In this document: piece after piece, positions 61,013 to 64,000 of the stretch
Numbering within the stretch: the stretch's first letter is position 1
Layout of the letters: each line of letters opens with the position of its first letter
Assembly: GCA_016223105.1 (NCBI GenBank)
Contig: JACRPR010000040.1
Coordinates: forward strand, 18,940 to 82,939
From: Chloroflexota bacterium
Lineage (GTDB): Bacteria > Chloroflexota > Anaerolineae > UBA4142
Reading direction: 5' to 3'
Length of the DNA: 64,000 nucleotides
The notes under the pieces: model-generated
Databases searched by the model: none
What the model was told of the DNA's origin: nothing
What the model saw: only the letters and a program-made list of their open reading frames with translations
Made by a program: the position numbers and the translations under genes

Positions 61013-61912
61013 TTAGCGCGCGGGTTCATCCCGGCGTCGGATGAAAATCACAACGCCAAACCACAATACCATCGCGACCATCGCCAATGTCAAGATCAAT
61101 GGTTGGCGATTCCCGGCATTGTCATTTGCCGATTGAAAACTCGATAGCGTAACGCGCGTCGGCACGCCGCCGGCAACGTTGAACACCTGGAGCGGAGTGG
61201 TTTGATCAACGAATGTGATTGTGACCGGATTCCATGGGAGAGTTGGGATGATGACGTGGGAAATGGCGAAGCGGATGTCAACCAACCCGCGACAATTGTT
61301 GGTGTCCATATCATCCGGCGGCAGTTCGTTGACCGGCACGCCCCACTCGACAAACGCGGTCGAGCCGACGCGTTCGCCAAATTCCGGTCCCGGCGAGCCA
61401 GTCCCGGGCAAGATAAAACACTGACCACTTGCGGGGTAAGTGCCTTGACAAACCAGCGTCTGATCGTTTGGACCATTGGAGCGGTTGCTGAGCGAGTAAG
61501 AAATTTTTCGATCATGCACTTCGTTGTCTAGCCCATCGCGATCGCAATCAATGATCGCGGTTACCGCGCGGGTTGAGTTGCTCGGCAGGTTCAACGCCGG
61601 CGCGGTGCGCGTCTCGATCATAAAGTTGAGTGACGACGCGGTTGTTGTTACCGCGCTCGTTGCCACCCACGCGTTGATAATGTCTTCCGTCCCGGTAATC
61701 ACATCGCTTGCCGGATCGGTTTGAAACACCGGGACACCGCTCCAATCCGCGGTCGAGTTGTCGTCGGTGTTGATCGGATAGAACGCCGCCAATACGACCG
61801 AGACGGTTGCCAACACTGCGAACAGCACGTTGAGCGTGATGAAACTGATTCGCAATGCGCGTTTGAAATCGTGCGTTTGAGAAAACATTGCAACCTCCTT
61901 TGGTTGATCCAT
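61013..61912 (-). CDS. Hypothetical exported protein with N-terminal anchor and C-terminal TM-plus-RRR tail
   Basis: 299 aa. Hydrophobic segments at both ends ('LILTLAMVAMVLWFGVVIFIRRRDE'). It lies upstream of, and on the same strand as, the ECF sigma gene. The start may be ATG 61888. Confidence 0.55.
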   Translation of the reverse strand: MDQPKEVAMFSQTHDFKRALRISFITLNVLFAVLATVSVVLAAFYPINTDDNSTADWSGVPVFQTDPASDVITGTEDIINAWVATSAVTTTASSLNFMIETRTAPALNLPSNSTRAVTAIIDCDRDGLDNEVHDRKISYSLSNRSNGPNDQTLVCQGTYPASGQCFILPGTGSPGPEFGERVGSTAFVEWGVPVNELPPDDMDTNNCRGLVDIRFAISHVIIPTLPWNPVTITFVDQTTPLQVFNVAGGVPTRVTLSSFQSANDNAGNRQPLILTLAMVAMVLWFGVVIFIRRRDEPAR

Positions 61913-61968
61913 TTGTTTGTGCGTTGATCGGTTCCACTTTCATCTTCGATTGACTTACCTCCTGGTTT

Positions 61969-62721
61969 TCAACTCGTGTGTGTTTGCCATTCCCACTTTT
62001 CGATTTGACAGTCATTTCCTTCGATGGCGAGCGTCGCCGCGAAATCCGGCGCGGGCGATAAATCGTACAGCGACCAATCCCGCGCGGCATCGGGATCGCC
62101 GTTCACGCGCAGGAGCATCGCCGCCATTCCCGGCATCAGCGACACATCGAACGCGTTCAACGGCAAGCTCAAACCCAGCCCGCGCGCTTTGACGAACGCT
62201 TCTTTGCGCGTCCAGCAATTGAAAAATGCTGGAACTTGCAACGCGCGCGGCAGGGCGCGCAAAATCGCCACTTCGGTCGGCGAAAAAAACCGTTCGGCAA
62301 TCGCCATCTCTGCGCGCGCCGGGTTGATCCATTCGAGATCAATTCCAATCGCGCGCGCGCGGGTGATCGCGTACAACGCGAGTCCGTTTGAATGAGACAA
62401 GTTAAATTCAATCGCCGCATCGTCCTGGTTTTGCCCTAGTGCCGGTTTGCCGTACGCGTTGTAGTCGAACCGCAATTGCGCCGGATCGCAATCAAGATAG
62501 CGACTGAGAATGATTCGCAAAATGCCGCGCGTCGCGATGAACCAATCGCGATCCCGCGCAAAGCAAAACCGCGCGGCGCGTGCCCGTTCGTCCTCCGTCA
62601 ACACGCGGAAACAATTTTGCAACTCGGCGCGCGCTAAATCCAAGCGCGCGCGCCACACCTGCGCCTGGTCGCGCTCAAGGCGCAACACAGCCGGCGGCTT
62701 GCACCACATCGGCAATTCCAT
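61969..62721 (-). CDS. Sfp-type 4'-phosphopantetheinyl transferase
   Basis: 'FNLSHSNGLALYA', 'IGIDLE' and 'WTRKEAFVKARG' are PPTase motifs. ATG at 62721 overlaps the upstream gene end. Confidence 0.85.
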   Translation of the reverse strand: MELPMWCKPPAVLRLERDQAQVWRARLDLARAELQNCFRVLTEDERARAARFCFARDRDWFIATRGILRIILSRYLDCDPAQLRFDYNAYGKPALGQNQDDAAIEFNLSHSNGLALYAITRARAIGIDLEWINPARAEMAIAERFFSPTEVAILRALPRALQVPAFFNCWTRKEAFVKARGLGLSLPLNAFDVSLMPGMAAMLLRVNGDPDAARDWSLYDLSPAPDFAATLAIEGNDCQIEKWEWQTHTS

Positions 62722-63502
62722 TCGCGGGGTTGACCGCGTGATTTCGCAACACGGGTTCCAATTCTTGCGCGAGCGCGTGCAACAGCGCGGCGCGCGTCGT
62801 GTTGATGAAAAAATGATCGCCGGGCAATAAACGCGCGCTGAAGGTCGCGTTTGTCTGCGCGCGCCACGCGACGAGTTCTGCGCGACTGACGTACGCATCC
62901 GCGACGCCGCCGAACGCGCTGATCGGACAAGCGAGCGGCGCGCGCGGTTCGTAGCGGTACGTTTCGCAAATCGCAAAATCCGCGCGCAGAACCGGCAAAA
63001 TAATTTCGAGCAATTCGGGGTTGTCGAGAACCTGGGACGGCGTGCCATTAAACTCGCGCAATTTCGCGATGAACTCGGCGTGTGGCAACGCGTGGATCGG
63101 TGGATTGCGATCCGGCAACTGCGGCGCGCCGTGTCCCGAAACGATCAGATGCGCCGGGCTGATCTGAAAATGTTCGCGCAAATAACGCGCGAGTTCAAAA
63201 CTCAACAGCGCGCCCATACTGTGCCCAAAGAACGCGAACGGTTGATCGAAATAATCATAGAGCGCGGACGCGACCGCGCGCACAAGCGGCGCAAGTTGCG
63301 TGAACGGCGGCTCGGCAAGCCGCGCGCCGCGCCCGGGCAATTGCACCGGGCAAACCGCGATCTCCGCCGGCAACTCGGCTTGCCACGCGTGAAACAGCGC
63401 GGCGTTACCGCCCGAGTACGGAAAACAAAACAAGCGCAGACGCGCGCGCGGCGCGGCGCGCGTAATCTGAAGCCAGGGATTGGCGGTGAAAAAATTTTGC
63501 AT
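62675..63502 (-). CDS. Type II thioesterase (alpha/beta hydrolase)
   Basis: 'LFCFPYSGGNAALF', 'GHSMGALLSFELA' (GxSxG) and 'GDHFF'. ATG at 63502. Confidence 0.85.
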   Translation of the reverse strand: MQNFFTANPWLQITRAAPRARLRLFCFPYSGGNAALFHAWQAELPAEIAVCPVQLPGRGARLAEPPFTQLAPLVRAVASALYDYFDQPFAFFGHSMGALLSFELARYLREHFQISPAHLIVSGHGAPQLPDRNPPIHALPHAEFIAKLREFNGTPSQVLDNPELLEIILPVLRADFAICETYRYEPRAPLACPISAFGGVADAYVSRAELVAWRAQTNATFSARLLPGDHFFINTTRAALLHALAQELEPVLRNHAVNPANGIADVVQAAGCVAP

Positions 63503-63523
63503 TGTGCAGTCCTTGTTTATGAA

Positions 63524-63663
63524 TGGCGTCGAGCGTTTACGCGGTGGCTGGTTGGCGCGACCACCCGCTAATGAGTTTTGCTTTTCAAATTCGGTAATCA
63601 TCTGGAATCGAGCGTTTACGCGGTTGTTCGGTCGGACAAACAACCCGCTAAAGCGTCGAATCC
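63524..63663. repeat. Family-C element, tandem double unit, copy 2
   Basis: Near-identical to 45607-45746, including the spacer CTAATGAGTTTTGCTTTTCAAATTCGGTAATCAT. Confidence 0.9.
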
Positions 63664-63678
63664 AGCAATCGCGAAAAA

Positions 63679-64000
63679 TCATTGCCGATTTTGACTTTCA
63701 ATCGCCGATGCTTCGCGCAGTGCCGGCGCGTCCTGGTTTTCAAACGCGAGAAACATTCGAAACTCGCGGCGCATCGCGATCAACAGCGAGAGCGCGAATA
63801 AAATCGCGCCGCAACTTGCATAAATCAGCGGAATGTTTTGATCGAGCGCGTCCGCGACGATGCCGGTCAAGCCCATCGCGATTGGGGTGATGCTTCCGGC
63901 AATCGTCGCGAGAAATCCAAACACGCGTCCACGAATTTCGCCCGGCGTCGTGATTTGCAACAGCGTCGTAATGAGAATGCCGACCAAGCCGCCCACGCCG
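63679..64000 (-). CDS. MFS transporter, C-terminal fragment (continues beyond the window)
   Basis: The frame stays open to the window end. Hydrophobic helices ('GRVFGFLATIAGSITPIAMGLTGIVADAL') resemble EntS/MFS_3-type exporters. Confidence 0.6.
   Translation of the reverse strand, partial: GVGGLVGILITTLLQITTPGEIRGRVFGFLATIAGSITPIAMGLTGIVADALDQNIPLIYASCGAILFALSLLIAMRREFRMFLAFENQDAPALREASAIESQNRQ

Noticed and set aside
1-64000. tRNA, rRNA, tmRNA or transposase/integrase genes.
   Set aside because: I saw no cloverleaf-like or rRNA-like segments and no ORF with transposase or integrase motifs in any frame. This is a by-eye assessment only; tRNAscan/Infernal would be decisive.

Overview
High-GC bacterial chromosomal segment with about 58 supportable protein-coding genes, no rRNA, tRNA or CRISPR, and unusually many intergenic palindromic and short periodic ('word') repeats. 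The repeat style and gene content suggest a Chloroflexota/Anaerolineae-like organism. That is an inference only and cannot be verified here.

Gene order, left to right:
- 1-7.4 kb: housekeeping and miscellaneous genes (DUF4177, SdpI-like, cytochrome c lipoprotein, YbeD-like, Leu/Val dehydrogenase, MarC, ankyrin lipoprotein, STAS, SDS-type serine/threonine dehydratase).
- 7.8-12.4 kb: an IclR-regulated 2-keto-3-deoxygluconate (KDG) operon (IolB-type isomerase, KduD, Eda-type aldolase, KdgK-like kinase).
- 12.5-17.6 kb: a Tat-exported, selenocysteine-containing formate dehydrogenase with a 4Fe-4S subunit and an NrfD-type membrane anchor.
- 17.8-19.6 kb: a NarL-type two-component system.
- 19.9-38.6 kb, the centre of the window: a very large heterodisulfide-reductase-like (Hdr) flavin/Fe-S redox supercluster. 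It contains HdrC, HdrB, a giant HdrA-NfnB/GltD-HdrA fusion interrupted by one in-frame TAA, MvhD, ferredoxins, an acyl-CoA dehydrogenase-like protein, two FrhB-like paralogs, a QmoA-like HdrA, HdrD, a second full-length HdrA, two tiny tandem paralogs, a Usp, and an SdhA-like flavoprotein.
- 38.6-48.1 kb: a V/A-type ATPase operon invaded by repeats and carrying one orphan ORF.
- 48.1-55.1 kb: an AT-richer restriction-modification/DISARM-like island (PLD-SNF2 helicase-nuclease, Eco57I/PglX-like N6-adenine methyltransferase, GxxExxY protein).
- 55.5-61.9 kb: an ECF-sigma-associated cell-envelope cluster with highly repetitive Thr/Pro-rich proteins.
- 62-64 kb: PPTase, type II thioesterase and MFS genes, which look like the edge of an NRPS/PKS locus.

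Most interesting:
- The duplicated Hdr module architecture and its interrupted giant fusion.
- Intergenic-type repeats embedded in-frame in several ORFs.
- The RM-like island.
- Several families of conserved hairpin elements, including one that overlaps stop codons.
- A promoter-leader-terminator unit upstream of the dehydratase.

All coordinates were derived by hand from the sequence and the ORF track. All family assignments come from recognised motifs, not from database searches.
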